From a bacterium (GTDB taxonomy: Bacteria; SM23-31): DNA of 64,000 nt. Where the stretch lies: the NCBI GenBank assembly GCA_965249485.1, contig OZ252239.1, positions 1,312,001 to 1,376,000 on the forward strand, given 5' to 3'. Below the pieces are notes generated by a model. The model ran no database searches and had not been told where the DNA came from. It worked only from the letters and a program-made list of their open reading frames with translations. Shown here piece by piece: positions 10,809 through 21,264 of the stretch (the first letter of the stretch is position 1; every line of letters starts with the position of its first letter). Position numbers and translations under genes: made by a program.

Positions 10809-12014
10809 ATGTTTGGTTCACGCTGGTTTTATTCAAATAAAGGGACATTTAAGGGGCTTCTCTTCATCATTGCTCTGCTTATCATCGGTGCACAGGTTGT
10901 GTATACTCAGTACATTGTACAAAAGCTAAGGGATGATCAACGGGATATAGTCAGGACTTCTGCAAGTATCTATTCACTAATTGCCGAAAGCGATATTGAT
11001 GCAAATTATACGGTATTGCTCGACAGGGTTATTCAGCAGATAAGTATTCCGGTAATTTTGACTACAATAGATGGCGAACCGCAGGCACATAAAATTGACA
11101 GTATTTCCGATTATTCATTTCCATTTCAGGAAGGAACAGTCAGAGAGCTCAGGCGTATGGTTTCAACAATGGACAAGGAAAATCCTCCCATCCCAATAGA
11201 ATATAACGGTTCAGTATTAAACCTGATTCATTTCGGAGATTCCGAAATGATCCGACTCCTGAACTGGTTGCCTGCTATTGAGCTCGGCATTGTTGGTCTG
11301 TTTATCTTTCTTGGCTTCATAGGTTTCAATAATATCCGCAGGAACGAAGAACGGTTCACTTGGGTTGGGATGGCAAAAGAGACAGCGCATCAGCTCGGTA
11401 CTCCCATATCATCCTTAATTGGCTGGCTTGAAATGCTCAAGGAGACACGTGAACCCAACCGATTATCTGAAATAGTGACAGAAATGGACAATGATGTTAA
11501 CCGGTTGACTAAAGTTGCACAGCGTTTCTCGCAAATCGGCTCCAATACAGAATTAGCAGACAGAGATATTGTAAAAATCCTCAGTGAAATATCAGAATAT
11601 TTTCGAAAAAGACTCCCCCAATCAGGGCAAGCAGTTATTCTACATGAAAAATATCCGGAGAGTGCCGTTTGCACAATTAATAAAGACCTCTTTGAGTGGT
11701 CAGTTGAAAATTTGATAAAAAACGGATTAGACGCACTTGAAAAAGGAAAAGGTGAAATCACTATTGCATTGTCGATGCACAGCGAGGACAATTGGTTTTG
11801 TATCGATATAACCGATTCCGGAAAAGGAATGACAAAACAGCAACAGAAGCAGATTTTCAACCCTGGCTTCAGCACGAAAAAGAGAGGATGGGGTCTCGGA
11901 CTCAGTTTGGCAAAGAGGATTATTGAAGATTATCATGGCGGTAAATTGCTTCTGAAAAGTACGCGGCTCAATGGAGGCACGACAATGCGGATTTTATTGA
12001 GTTCCCGTACCTGA
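10809..12014 (+). CDS. Membrane sensor histidine kinase
   Basis: Two TM helices, H-box ETAHQLGTP, ENLIKN, DSGKG, GWGLGL. Confidence 0.92.
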   Translation: MFGSRWFYSNKGTFKGLLFIIALLIIGAQVVYTQYIVQKLRDDQRDIVRTSASIYSLIAESDIDANYTVLLDRVIQQISIPVILTTIDGEPQAHKIDSISDYSFPFQEGTVRELRRMVSTMDKENPPIPIEYNGSVLNLIHFGDSEMIRLLNWLPAIELGIVGLFIFLGFIGFNNIRRNEERFTWVGMAKETAHQLGTPISSLIGWLEMLKETREPNRLSEIVTEMDNDVNRLTKVAQRFSQIGSNTELADRDIVKILSEISEYFRKRLPQSGQAVILHEKYPESAVCTINKDLFEWSVENLIKNGLDALEKGKGEITIALSMHSEDNWFCIDITDSGKGMTKQQQKQIFNPGFSTKKRGWGLGLSLAKRIIEDYHGGKLLLKSTRLNGGTTMRILLSSRT

Positions 12015-12103
12015 TTTCGCTGATGATGTGAAGTTCACATCAAAAATCACTATCTTTTATGCCCTTTGTTTCTATATTTTAAAAATTGATATTAGAGGAC
12101 TAA

Positions 12104-13249
12104 ATGAACATAGTAGAACAGATTCAATCGTTTTTATCTTATTCGGTTTTGAATATAAACTTCGGACGACTCCTCGCGGCTTTGGCAATCTTCTTATTCG
12201 TTTATACTCTCCGCCATATTGTTCTGAAAATCTGTATTGGATCATTCCGAAAGTTTGCTTCCCGTACAAAAACCTCCTTTGATGACCAACTTTTAGAAAC
12301 GATTGAACCTCCCGCACGTTTTTTTCTCGCAGTATTCGGATTATGGGCGGCAATGGAATTTATGCGGCTCCCCGAAGAAGCAAGCACTTTAGCCGTCCAT
12401 GTAGTCAGATCGCTTTTTGCGTTTTCAATATTCTGGGCAGCATTTCGCGGTACAACAGTATTATCAAGGATACTCCGGAAGCTCGCAAATCGATCTCAAA
12501 CGAATATAGACGATCAGCTTGTGCATTTTGTCGGAAAGTTTCTCCGTATCGCCGTAGTATTAGTCGGCACCATGGTAATCGTTAGGGAGTGGGGCTATGA
12601 TATCGCAGGACTGGTAGCCGGACTTGGTTTGGGAGGTCTTGCGGTCGCACTTGCGGCAAAAGAGACAGTATCAAATATTATCGGCAGCATAACCATCCTC
12701 CTCGACAGGCCATTTGTTATCGGTGACTGGATAGAATCGCCTGCTGTTGAAGGTGTTGTCGAAGATATACATCTTCGTTCGACGCGGATTAGAACATTCG
12801 CAAATGCTCTTGTTACGGTTCCGAATTCTGCTCTCACAAACGACGCGATTACAAATTGGTCACGAATGAAGAAGCGGCGAATTACGTATAAACTTGGTGT
12901 GACGTACAGTACCAAAAGTGACCAGATGGAAAAATGTGTCGGTGATATAAAATTGATGCTTGAAAATCATAAGGATATTCATTCCGATATGATTTTTGTG
13001 TATTTCACCGATTTTGGGAACAGTGCTCTCGAAATTTTTCTTTACTTTTTTACTAATACAACACAATGGCAGGAATATTTGAATGTTCGTCAGGATGTCA
13101 ACCTCAGGATAATGAAGATCATCGAAAGTAATGGTCTGAGCATTGCTTTTCCGAGCAGGAGCATCTATCTCGAATCTACCAATAAAAGCTCTCAAGAGCA
13201 TTGGGATAAGATAGCAGCACAAAACAATCGTAGTGAACCGCAGCAATAA
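12104..13249 (+). CDS. Small-conductance mechanosensitive channel (MscS family)
   Basis: GLGLGGLAVALAA TM3, DRPFVIGDWI, RSTRIRT, IAFP. Confidence 0.92.
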   Translation: MNIVEQIQSFLSYSVLNINFGRLLAALAIFLFVYTLRHIVLKICIGSFRKFASRTKTSFDDQLLETIEPPARFFLAVFGLWAAMEFMRLPEEASTLAVHVVRSLFAFSIFWAAFRGTTVLSRILRKLANRSQTNIDDQLVHFVGKFLRIAVVLVGTMVIVREWGYDIAGLVAGLGLGGLAVALAAKETVSNIIGSITILLDRPFVIGDWIESPAVEGVVEDIHLRSTRIRTFANALVTVPNSALTNDAITNWSRMKKRRITYKLGVTYSTKSDQMEKCVGDIKLMLENHKDIHSDMIFVYFTDFGNSALEIFLYFFTNTTQWQEYLNVRQDVNLRIMKIIESNGLSIAFPSRSIYLESTNKSSQEHWDKIAAQNNRSEPQQ

Positions 13250-13306
13250 TTCGCTCAGCACATTATATGGATGAAACTGTCGTGCCCTTGCGTCAACAGC
13301 CCTATC

Positions 13307-13330
13307 AATGATTACAATTTTGTAATCATT
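13307..13330. promoter_or_regulatory. Perfect 11-bp inverted repeat, candidate operator upstream of ECF sigma operon
   Basis: AATGATTACAA-TT-TTGTAATCATT. Confidence 0.45.
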
Positions 13331-13448
13331 TCCATAAATAGAACATTCGATTATCCTGCCGAATATAATAGTAATAAAAGTTTTTTTGAATGATTGAATT
13401 CAGTAATTGTATTTAATATGTACAGGTAGCCACCTGTCGGAGAATATT

Positions 13449-14015
13449 GTGGTTAATGATGAACGGTCGCTAATAGAGCAAGCAAAAAATGGCGACAGGG
13501 ATGCTTTTGATCGGTTAACTGAATTATATATAGATAAGGCGTATTCGATTGCGTTTGGATATACCGGGAACGCAAGTGATACGCGTGATATAATTCAGGA
13601 AGTTTTTTATAAAGTATACACGAATTTACATCGATTTGATCTGAGATATCCGTTTTCGGCGTGGCTTTTCAGGATTGTCATTAATAGCAGCATTAATTTT
13701 TCCAAACGGCGAAAAAGAAAACGGATAATGTTTCTTGAGCGGATTCCGAAATCTGATGTCAATCCGCTAGAATTCACAGTGGCGTCCAGTTCAAATCCTG
13801 AAAAGGAATTCATCAATGAAGAGATGCGTGAGCTGTTACGGAAAGGGCTTCAAAAACTGCCGGAAAAACAGAGATCGGCAATTATTCTCTTCGACATCGA
13901 GGGTTTCTCTCAGGAAGAGGTTTCTACCATTTTAAAGTGTCCACAAGGGTCTGTGATGTCACGTATATTTTACGGCAGAAGAAAACTGCGAAAATATTTG
14001 GAAAAATATATTTGA
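13449..14015 (+). CDS. ECF sigma-70 factor (RpoE-like)
   Basis: GDRDAF, DIIQEVF, FSAWLFRI, region 4 LPEKQR...GSVMSRIFYGR; GTG start at 13449 follows ggag RBS. Confidence 0.92.
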   Translation: MVNDERSLIEQAKNGDRDAFDRLTELYIDKAYSIAFGYTGNASDTRDIIQEVFYKVYTNLHRFDLRYPFSAWLFRIVINSSINFSKRRKRKRIMFLERIPKSDVNPLEFTVASSSNPEKEFINEEMRELLRKGLQKLPEKQRSAIILFDIEGFSQEEVSTILKCPQGSVMSRIFYGRRKLRKYLEKYI

Positions 14016-14081
14016 ATAATTTTTGCATTCGTTTATATTATGTACAACGGGGGATGGCACCGGTTGAGAAAGGGGATAACA

Positions 14082-14579
14082 ATGAAATGTAAGTATGCTC
14101 AAAAAAACAGATATTCCGAATTTATAATGGTGAAAACAAAAATGCGCATTGAAGAGCACATTGCGGATTGTTCATTTTGTCAGGAAAAATATGCACAAAA
14201 TGATGCCATTGAAGTGTTTTTTCAAAAACGTACCGGTCTTTTTTCCGTTAAACCCAACCACTCAGCTCTTGTGCATGCAATTATACAATACCGTAAGAAA
14301 AGAGAACACCGTTGGTGGTACGGTATTCCGAACATACTTCCGTTAGAGCCGGCTTATCGCAGGGCGTTCCTGTTTGGCACGGCATGTGTCATCATATTAA
14401 TGGGATATTTAATTTCCTCGAATCCAAATGAGGTTGCACCCTCAATGGAATTTATTCAGACCTCCGGAGAACAGATAGAAGAGCTCGATTTTTACCTTCA
14501 GGAACATGTTTTGACGCAGGATACGGATCTTTTTGGCGATTGCACAATTTCAAAAACATTGGCAAGTCTTGACAACTGA
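14082..14579 (+). CDS. Anti-sigma factor with zinc-finger (ZAS) motif and one TM helix
   Basis: C...HIADCSFC (HxxxCxxC), a single TM helix, position directly after the ECF sigma. Confidence 0.8.
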   Translation: MKCKYAQKNRYSEFIMVKTKMRIEEHIADCSFCQEKYAQNDAIEVFFQKRTGLFSVKPNHSALVHAIIQYRKKREHRWWYGIPNILPLEPAYRRAFLFGTACVIILMGYLISSNPNEVAPSMEFIQTSGEQIEELDFYLQEHVLTQDTDLFGDCTISKTLASLDN

Positions 14580-14636
14580 TTTACCGGTAATTCGATATGG
14601 CTATTCATATGAGATTGGAACATTAGAGTTACGATA

Positions 14637-15674
14637 ATGATCATTTTTCAGAAAAGTCTATTCAGGGTGCTCTATGGGATAATATTTGTCGCCTGTATAT
14701 TGTGTAGTTTTTACACAGTGGCAGCAAGTCAGAACATTCAGAATCAATCGGAACGAGGTCATAACTTTCTTCAAAAAATTTCCCACTCGGATACACTCTC
14801 ATTTTCAGCAATTACAACATTTGAACGACTATCGGGACGGCGGAAAAATAACGTCAGCCGTTTTGAAGTTATTCGGATTGGTAGAGATAAAGGGTGGTGG
14901 CATACGCTTATTCCCGAAGACCAAAGTAATGCGATTGATATTCTTGTCGATAATGTATTTTACGAAACATATACCGACAGTGACAAGATAGAAGCTTTGC
15001 CTCGCAGGACACGAGGCTTGTATTTCAATATTGAAAATATAGCTCTGATTCTCAACAACTATTCGATCACATTTCTTTCAGATGAGTCAATCCAGGGTTT
15101 TCCTGTTGACGTGGTTGAAATTCGCCCACGGCAGCGGGACCGCTCTTGGAACAAAATCTGGGTCCATAAATCCAATGGATTTATTTTCAATATGGAGCAA
15201 TATGACCATGATAATAAAAGATTGTATTTCCTGGAGCGGAAAGAAGTTGTATTCAATTTGTCAGTCGATCCAAAGCTTTTTGAAGTGAATTTTACTGGTG
15301 AAGTTCATGAACGGCACATACGAAAAGAGTATGAGAGCATAGCTAATCTACAAAAAGAGTGGAATATGCCTCTCATCGCACCGAAGGTTAATCCTCCCGG
15401 TTTTGTGTTGAAGGAAATTGCTGTCCATATGGACGAGGATGAGCCTGTTTTTCAGTATTATTATACCGATGGGATAATTTCATATTCGCTATTTCAACGG
15501 GAATCCGAGCGGGATGATAGAGAGATGCGCATAGATCGGCAGCGTGGAGATCTCTATATTAGTGCTAGAAATAATGGAATTTATTACCGAATGGACGGGG
15601 ATATCGATCAGATTGATCGTGATATTATTGTACAGTCATTCGAATCTATTCAACCGGTAAAGCATGAAGATTAG
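14637..15674 (+). CDS. MucB/RseB-like periplasmic regulator (LolA-like fold)
   Basis: Signal peptide; YSITF...VVEIRPR...KIWV...GFI; PPGF...YYYTDGIISYSLF typical of RseB C-terminal domain; synteny with sigma and anti-sigma. Confidence 0.75.
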   Translation: MIIFQKSLFRVLYGIIFVACILCSFYTVAASQNIQNQSERGHNFLQKISHSDTLSFSAITTFERLSGRRKNNVSRFEVIRIGRDKGWWHTLIPEDQSNAIDILVDNVFYETYTDSDKIEALPRRTRGLYFNIENIALILNNYSITFLSDESIQGFPVDVVEIRPRQRDRSWNKIWVHKSNGFIFNMEQYDHDNKRLYFLERKEVVFNLSVDPKLFEVNFTGEVHERHIRKEYESIANLQKEWNMPLIAPKVNPPGFVLKEIAVHMDEDEPVFQYYYTDGIISYSLFQRESERDDREMRIDRQRGDLYISARNNGIYYRMDGDIDQIDRDIIVQSFESIQPVKHED

Positions 15675-15816
15675 TCCTTCAAGAGCAAAGACCCATTTTC
15701 TAAACCAGTTATAAAAATGTATTGTCCAATAATTGCACTTATGAGTTATATGATATTTCGAGTGAAACTCAAAGTGTGAGAACGTGGCATCCCCCCAACC
15801 GAAAATTTAGTTCAAC

Positions 15817-15846
15817 AAAAAAGCGGACTATGTGGTCCGCTTTTTT
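15817..15846. terminator. Bidirectional intrinsic terminator
   Basis: AAAAAAGCGGAC-tatgtg-GTCCGCTTTTTT between convergent genes. Confidence 0.85.
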
Positions 15847-15858
15847 ACGTTTGTTATT

Positions 15859-17001
15859 TTATTTATTTATTCGAACTAATTCTCTCTGCCAGTCGGTATC
15901 TATATCTCCATCATAAAATTTACCGGGATTTTCAAGTGCCCACCGCTGTTTCCTGATGAGCCAGTTTTCAGGATCGAGCTCAAATGCAAGGTTCGATTCC
16001 TGCAGTGCTTTCTCATTGTTACTCGATTTCATGTATTTCGAAGCTTTCAAAAAGTGACTCCGCGCTTCGTCTGAAGCAAATCCTGATTCCATTTTTTGCG
16101 ACTGTCTGTTTGCGGCTATTTTTCCGAGAACCGAATTTTCGCCCCGCTCAATCCAATCTTCCATTTCTATAATGAGCCGGTCATCTTCGACCTCAGCCTG
16201 ACGTGGACCTTCAATCAGTTTGCCGGATTCATCAAAAAGCAGAATCAACGGGATCGCTTTAAATCCGAATAAATTGCCTAGCACATTGTCGCTGTCAACA
16301 AGGGTTGTGTACTCAGCATTGGCTTTTTCGACATAAGGACGGGCAACATCTGCGCCTTGAACATCCATGGCAACAGATATCAATTCAAAGTTTTTATCTC
16401 TATTATTTGCGTAAAACTTCTGCCACCCGGGCAGTTGACCGCGGCAGGTTCACCATGAAGCCCAAACAAATACACCGACTTTTTTACCGGAATAATCAGA
16501 TAATGAAACAGTTGAACCATCTAAGTCATTCAGGCTGAAGTCATAAGCAGGTACTTCAAAAGAGTTATTGCTGAGCGGTTTGAAATTAACCGTTCCGTTA
16601 TCAGTTATGATGGTAACGTTAAGAACACGATTTTCAGCATCCCAATCTGCTTCATCACCCAAAGCAAGCATTAAATAGGGGACAGGAACAAAATAGGTTC
16701 CACTGCTTTCGTACGCCTTATTCGGATCATTATCGCCTATTTCGAACGGAATGCACAAGTCCGCCCTGCACATACCGATCTGTCTACCCGGGACAATGTC
16801 CTTAAATTCGAGCCCGAAGTGGCTTTGCAGTACAGGTACGGCAAAATAAATAATCCCATTTGCAATACTATATTCATCGGAGGCAATCGTAATGTTTTCA
16901 CCGTTCATGGTGAAAGATTCAAGCGACACAGAATTATTAGTCTGACTGCATGCACCGAACATCATGCCGGCAAACCCGAAGAGCACGATTAACTGTTTCA
17001 T
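15859..17001 (-). CDS. Selenocysteine-containing TlpA/ResA-like redoxin lipoprotein (in-frame TGA at 16450-16452)
   Basis: ORFs 16450..17025 and 15859..16383 are in the same frame; read-through gives VFVWASW-U-TCRGQLPGWQKFY...ELISVAMD, a continuous thioredoxin fold; lipobox FGAC; hairpin after the TGA. Confidence 0.85.
16420..16449 (-). promoter_or_regulatory. Candidate bacterial SECIS element
   Basis: After TGA: ACCTGCCGCGGTCAA CTGCC-CGGGT-GGCAG; G-containing loop about 21 nt from the UGA. Confidence 0.6.
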
Positions 17002-17254
17002 TAAATATTCCTCACTTGTTTTCATACTGTATGCTAATAAGAAACATGATACCTAATATAAAAGTTTCTTTCTTAGTAAGAAAGTACAATTTCTTTATAC
17101 TCGAATAAATTAAACAAATAAGAATCCTGAATATTCAATAGAAAAAGCTTTACATATTATTTCATTCAATACTATATGAAAAAAGAGTGAACAATATGAA
17201 AAAATTGCTCTCGCATTCCAATGCAAAGGAAAGATACATCAATAATTTTAAATC

Positions 17255-17798
17255 TTACTTTATAAGGAGCTGTTTTTGTATGTAATAAATCCGGTATCAG
17301 TTCTTTATGAAAATACATTCCTGAAGCTACTAGTTTTCTTGTATTATTGGTGCCATCACATTGAATTGAATGATATCCGATAGATTGTCGATCGTTGATT
17401 TGTGTTTTCACTTCCCGGCCGAGAACGTAATAAATAGTCAGGGTTACCATTGACGGAAGCAGAGTTTAATATACTACTGTCGTGGTCGGGTTAAAAGTTT
17501 CGGATAATATTGAAATAATTTGAATTCTGTTGGTAATTCACTTTCTTCCTTAACACGTGTGTCTAATATTGTTTCATTTGCCTCAACGATCCATCCTGTG
17601 AATTTAATGACATAATATGCACTGAACAAGTGCGATATTAGTATTGCTGTTCTGACCGATCCATGTTTCACCACCATCTGCAGTAGTGAGTATTATTCCG
17701 TTATACCCGACAGTATGTCCCGTATTCGAGTCGAGGAAAAATGCATGATAGAGATTATAGTCAGTTGTGCTTGTTTGTGGATTCCAAGTTTTACCAGT
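17255..17798 (-). pseudogene. Decayed Ycf48/BNR-repeat protein with T9SS/FlgD-Ig C-terminal sorting domain
   Basis: Fragments in different frames: TGKTWNPQTS...VGYNGIILTTADGGETW; ELPTEFKLFQYYP; FNPTT; VTLTIYYVLGREVKT...VASGMYF; KQLLIK*; several frameshifts and stops. Confidence 0.8.
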
Positions 17799-18064
17799 TA
17801 AGTTATTTTTTAAACAGAAGACAGTTTATATGTATTCCCGGAACTTTTTTGTTTCTCAAAAGCTAAGAGATGGTTAAAAATCCAAAGTGTAAATTTTTAT
17901 CACATTCAAATACAAAAATTTGTACCTTGGCAGATATACACGCAAATTATCTATTTTGTAAATGAACGGGATTTTGGATTGCGACGTATAAATTGGAAGA
18001 AATCAAATCAATAATCTTATGATTTCGACAAATTGTCATAATTTCAATTGCGAATCCTAAAATA

Positions 18065-19489
18065 ATGTCAATTTTATCACGCTATATGCTCAGATCTTTT
18101 CTTAGCCCTTTCTTATACGGAATGGTTGTTATCATATTTGTCTTTACAATCAATTATTTCATCAAACAGATACCGAATCTGTTAAGTAAAGATGTCTCGA
18201 TTTTTGTCATCGCAGAGCTTGTCGCACTAAATCTTGCATGGATAGTGGGGCTAGCAATTCCGATTTCAGTATTGATTGCGACATTGATGATTTTCGGGAA
18301 AATGTCGGCAGACAATGAGATCACCGCTATGAAAGCAAGTGGTTATGGTCTCCATCAGGCAATGATTCCCATGATTGTGTTTACCATCGTACTCGCATAT
18401 GGTAATCACCGGTTCAACAACGATATTTTACCCGAACTCAATCATAAAGCTCGTCAATTACTCTCAGATATTAACATGAAAAAACCGAGCCTGTCATTCA
18501 AAGAGGGGGTATTTTCGAATCAGGATGTCATTAAAGATCAAAGACTGCAGTTTAAAAAGATCGATAACACATCAAACTGGGTATATGGCGTAACAATATT
18601 GGATTATGCGTCACCCGAGATATTTCGGACCATAATTGCTGAAAAAGCGCTCTTGGGATTCAGTGAAGAAGAATCTCAAATGATTCTTGATTTATATACG
18701 GTTGAAATGCATGAAGTCGATAGTAATATGCAATCGGAATACCGGCGTTCCAGAATGGATAAATACCGGATGAGGATCGATGTTGAGTCGGCAGAGCTGG
18801 AAAGATCGGGGAAAGAGATGCGTGGTGATCGTGAGAAGAACATTGCACAGCTCAAACAAGATTTAGAGGAGCGTGAACCGCGGATAGAGCAGTATAAGAG
18901 AAGCATTGTGGCACGGGTTAGCGGTCCGGTATTTAATATCGATATCCCGGATCAGGAAACAAAAGATATTCTGTCCAATCTAACTCTTGAGGACTTTTCG
19001 CTCACTGAACGGGATATGTACGAAATAAATAAACGCCTCGAAAATCCTGTGATTCAGGCAATTAATAGTAAATCGGGATTGGCAAATACCATTCGATCGG
19101 ACATTCTGTTTATCGATTCGGAAATGAAATATAAGAATAAGCTGATGGTGGAGATTCATAAGAAATTTTCACTCCCGGCAGCATGTATCATATTTGTCTT
19201 AATCGGAGCTCCTTTGGGAGTAAAAGCCCGGCACGGTGGACTTGGTGTAGGCGGGGGACTCGGATTGATGTTTTTTTTCATCTATTGGACTCTCATAATA
19301 ACCGGAGAACAGCTTTCGGATAGAGGATTAATGGCACCCTGGTTAGCGATGTGGTGGGCGAATTTTGTCGTAGGAAGTATTGGAATATGGCTTACTATCA
19401 GCATGGCTCGTGAAGCAACTTTTATTGATTTTAGCAAATTTAATCCGCTCAGATTTTTTAAATGGAAAAATAAAGACAAAGCTGCATGA
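18065..19489 (+). CDS. lptF: LPS export ABC transporter permease LptF family
   Basis: GKMSADNEITAMKASG; EIHKKFSLP; three plus three TM layout. Confidence 0.88.
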   Translation: MSILSRYMLRSFLSPFLYGMVVIIFVFTINYFIKQIPNLLSKDVSIFVIAELVALNLAWIVGLAIPISVLIATLMIFGKMSADNEITAMKASGYGLHQAMIPMIVFTIVLAYGNHRFNNDILPELNHKARQLLSDINMKKPSLSFKEGVFSNQDVIKDQRLQFKKIDNTSNWVYGVTILDYASPEIFRTIIAEKALLGFSEEESQMILDLYTVEMHEVDSNMQSEYRRSRMDKYRMRIDVESAELERSGKEMRGDREKNIAQLKQDLEEREPRIEQYKRSIVARVSGPVFNIDIPDQETKDILSNLTLEDFSLTERDMYEINKRLENPVIQAINSKSGLANTIRSDILFIDSEMKYKNKLMVEIHKKFSLPAACIIFVLIGAPLGVKARHGGLGVGGGLGLMFFFIYWTLIITGEQLSDRGLMAPWLAMWWANFVVGSIGIWLTISMAREATFIDFSKFNPLRFFKWKNKDKAA

Positions 19490-19554
19490 GAACACATAAC
19501 GGAATTCTAATGACGGTATATGTGTTATAATAACACAAAGTCAAACTTATAATA

Positions 19555-20631
19555 ATGGCCCGTATACTCGACAAATATATTCTGAAACGGTTTCTCAAAA
19601 CGTTAATTCTGACAATTTGTGCGTTCTATATTATTGTCTTGATAGTTGATTTTGTCGAAAAAATCGACACGTTTATCGATAGAAGTGCAGCATATACCGA
19701 TGTTGCGCTCTATTTTTATTATGCTTTACCGAATTTCTTCATAATCATTATGCCGATTTCGCTTCTCATGGCATCGCTCTTTACTATGGGACAGTTAGTG
19801 AAATTTGGAGAATTGACCGCACTGAAAGCCGCTGGAGTGAGTTTGTACCGCATTGTCGCGCCTGTCATACTGCTCGGTTTCGTAATATCATTTTTTTCAT
19901 ACTGGTTCGGTGAAAATATTGTGACTTTCTATGAGCGTGAGAAATCAAATATATACAATGTCAACATTAAGAAAAATAATGCTGTGTTCATGCGAAAAGA
20001 GAATGTTATCATGCAGGACACCAATGACCGCGTTATATCGATTGCTCATTACGATGGCCCAAGGCATAAAGGTCGTGTGGTGAATATTCAAAAACGGATC
20101 GGAAACCGGATAGTATTGACGCTTAGTGCTCAGGAAATTATTCCGGCAGAAGGAGAGTGGCTATTACTCGATGGTGTGATTCGGGATTTTTCGACCGGTG
20201 AGGAAATTGTAGAGGAGTTTGAAGAGTACCGGATTACCGATTTCACTTTCACAGAAGAAGATATCGTTTCAGTCAGTATTGAGCCCGAAGAGATGAATGC
20301 AATTGAATTAACACAATACATTGAAAAGCTCAAACGGATTGGGAGTCCCTACGACCATTGGTATGTTGATTATTACAAAAAATTCGCATTTCCATTTGCA
20401 AATCTGATTGTTGTCCTACTCGGATTGCCTCTTGCTACACAGCGATGGAGAGGAGGAGCAGCAGTCGGTTTCGGAATTTGCATCATAATCTGTTTTTTCT
20501 ACTATTCAATTATGACATTCACCCATGCTCTTGGCTATAAAGGGATCTTGTCACCGATTATGGCTGCCTGGATCAGTAATATTGTTTTCGGATCGATGGG
20601 AGTCTTTGTTCTTATAAAAGCTCAAAAATAG
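19555..20631 (+). CDS. lptG: LPS export ABC transporter permease LptG family
   Basis: ILDKYI, GELTALKAAGVS, KFAFPF, PIMAAW. Confidence 0.88.
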   Translation: MARILDKYILKRFLKTLILTICAFYIIVLIVDFVEKIDTFIDRSAAYTDVALYFYYALPNFFIIIMPISLLMASLFTMGQLVKFGELTALKAAGVSLYRIVAPVILLGFVISFFSYWFGENIVTFYEREKSNIYNVNIKKNNAVFMRKENVIMQDTNDRVISIAHYDGPRHKGRVVNIQKRIGNRIVLTLSAQEIIPAEGEWLLLDGVIRDFSTGEEIVEEFEEYRITDFTFTEEDIVSVSIEPEEMNAIELTQYIEKLKRIGSPYDHWYVDYYKKFAFPFANLIVVLLGLPLATQRWRGGAAVGFGICIIICFFYYSIMTFTHALGYKGILSPIMAAWISNIVFGSMGVFVLIKAQK

Positions 20632-20633
20632 TA

Positions 20634-21029
20634 ATGCAATCATTTCAAAAATTTAATAAAGGCCTCCTGAAACTACCTTTCGGCGTACAACTATGGCTAT
20701 TTGTGCTCATGTGTGCAAATATGGTAGCACCGCTTTTCTTTTTTGACAAGATTGAAGCACAGGTTTCGGTTGCAGTTTTTATCGCAAGTGCCATGCTGAT
20801 GGTTTATCTGACCGCACGTTCCGGTTTTTCACGGCTTCTTGGATTTGGTCACGTACTGTGGCTTCCCTTGATAATCTTCTATTGGACGCGATTCGATACT
20901 GCTCCTATTAATTCTCTATTTGGCATGTGGATGAGAGCCGTCGTTCTCCTTAATGCTCTTTCACTCATTCTCGATGCAATTGATGTTGTGCGGTTTATCA
21001 GAGGTGACAGGCAGGAAACTGTTGAATGA
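20634..21029 (+). CDS. Hypothetical integral membrane protein (about 4 TM)
   Basis: Hydrophobic ORF 2 nt after lptG; RLLGFGHVLW motif. Confidence 0.7.
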   Translation: MQSFQKFNKGLLKLPFGVQLWLFVLMCANMVAPLFFFDKIEAQVSVAVFIASAMLMVYLTARSGFSRLLGFGHVLWLPLIIFYWTRFDTAPINSLFGMWMRAVVLLNALSLILDAIDVVRFIRGDRQETVE

Positions 21030-21264
21030 AAGCTCAATCGATCTGTATCTATTGTTTTAAGTAAGCTCATCCCCAGATGGATTAAACATGATTTCACCTG
21101 AGGATTATCTGTGTGGAGAGAGGTTGATGAGCGAATAAGAGCACGACAGACGCACCCAAATAAAGCATTACAATGCGAAATCTAATATAACCAAATAGAT
21201 ATTCAATGAAATTTATTGATTTCTATGTATGTCAATCACACTTTTTATAAAATGAGTGATCATT

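Noticed and set aside
13272..13294. ECF autoregulatory promoter TGAAAC...CGTC
   Set aside because: Spacer is 13 nt, shorter than the usual 16-17
15985..16005. GGTTCGATTCC, a tRNA T-loop-like string
   Set aside because: Lies inside the selenoprotein CDS; T-stem pairs poorly and no cloverleaf forms
21030..21264. GCTCATC...GATGAGC pairing and a GGAGAG string suggesting a glycine riboswitch
   Set aside because: Between convergent gene ends, so not a leader; other conserved elements are missing
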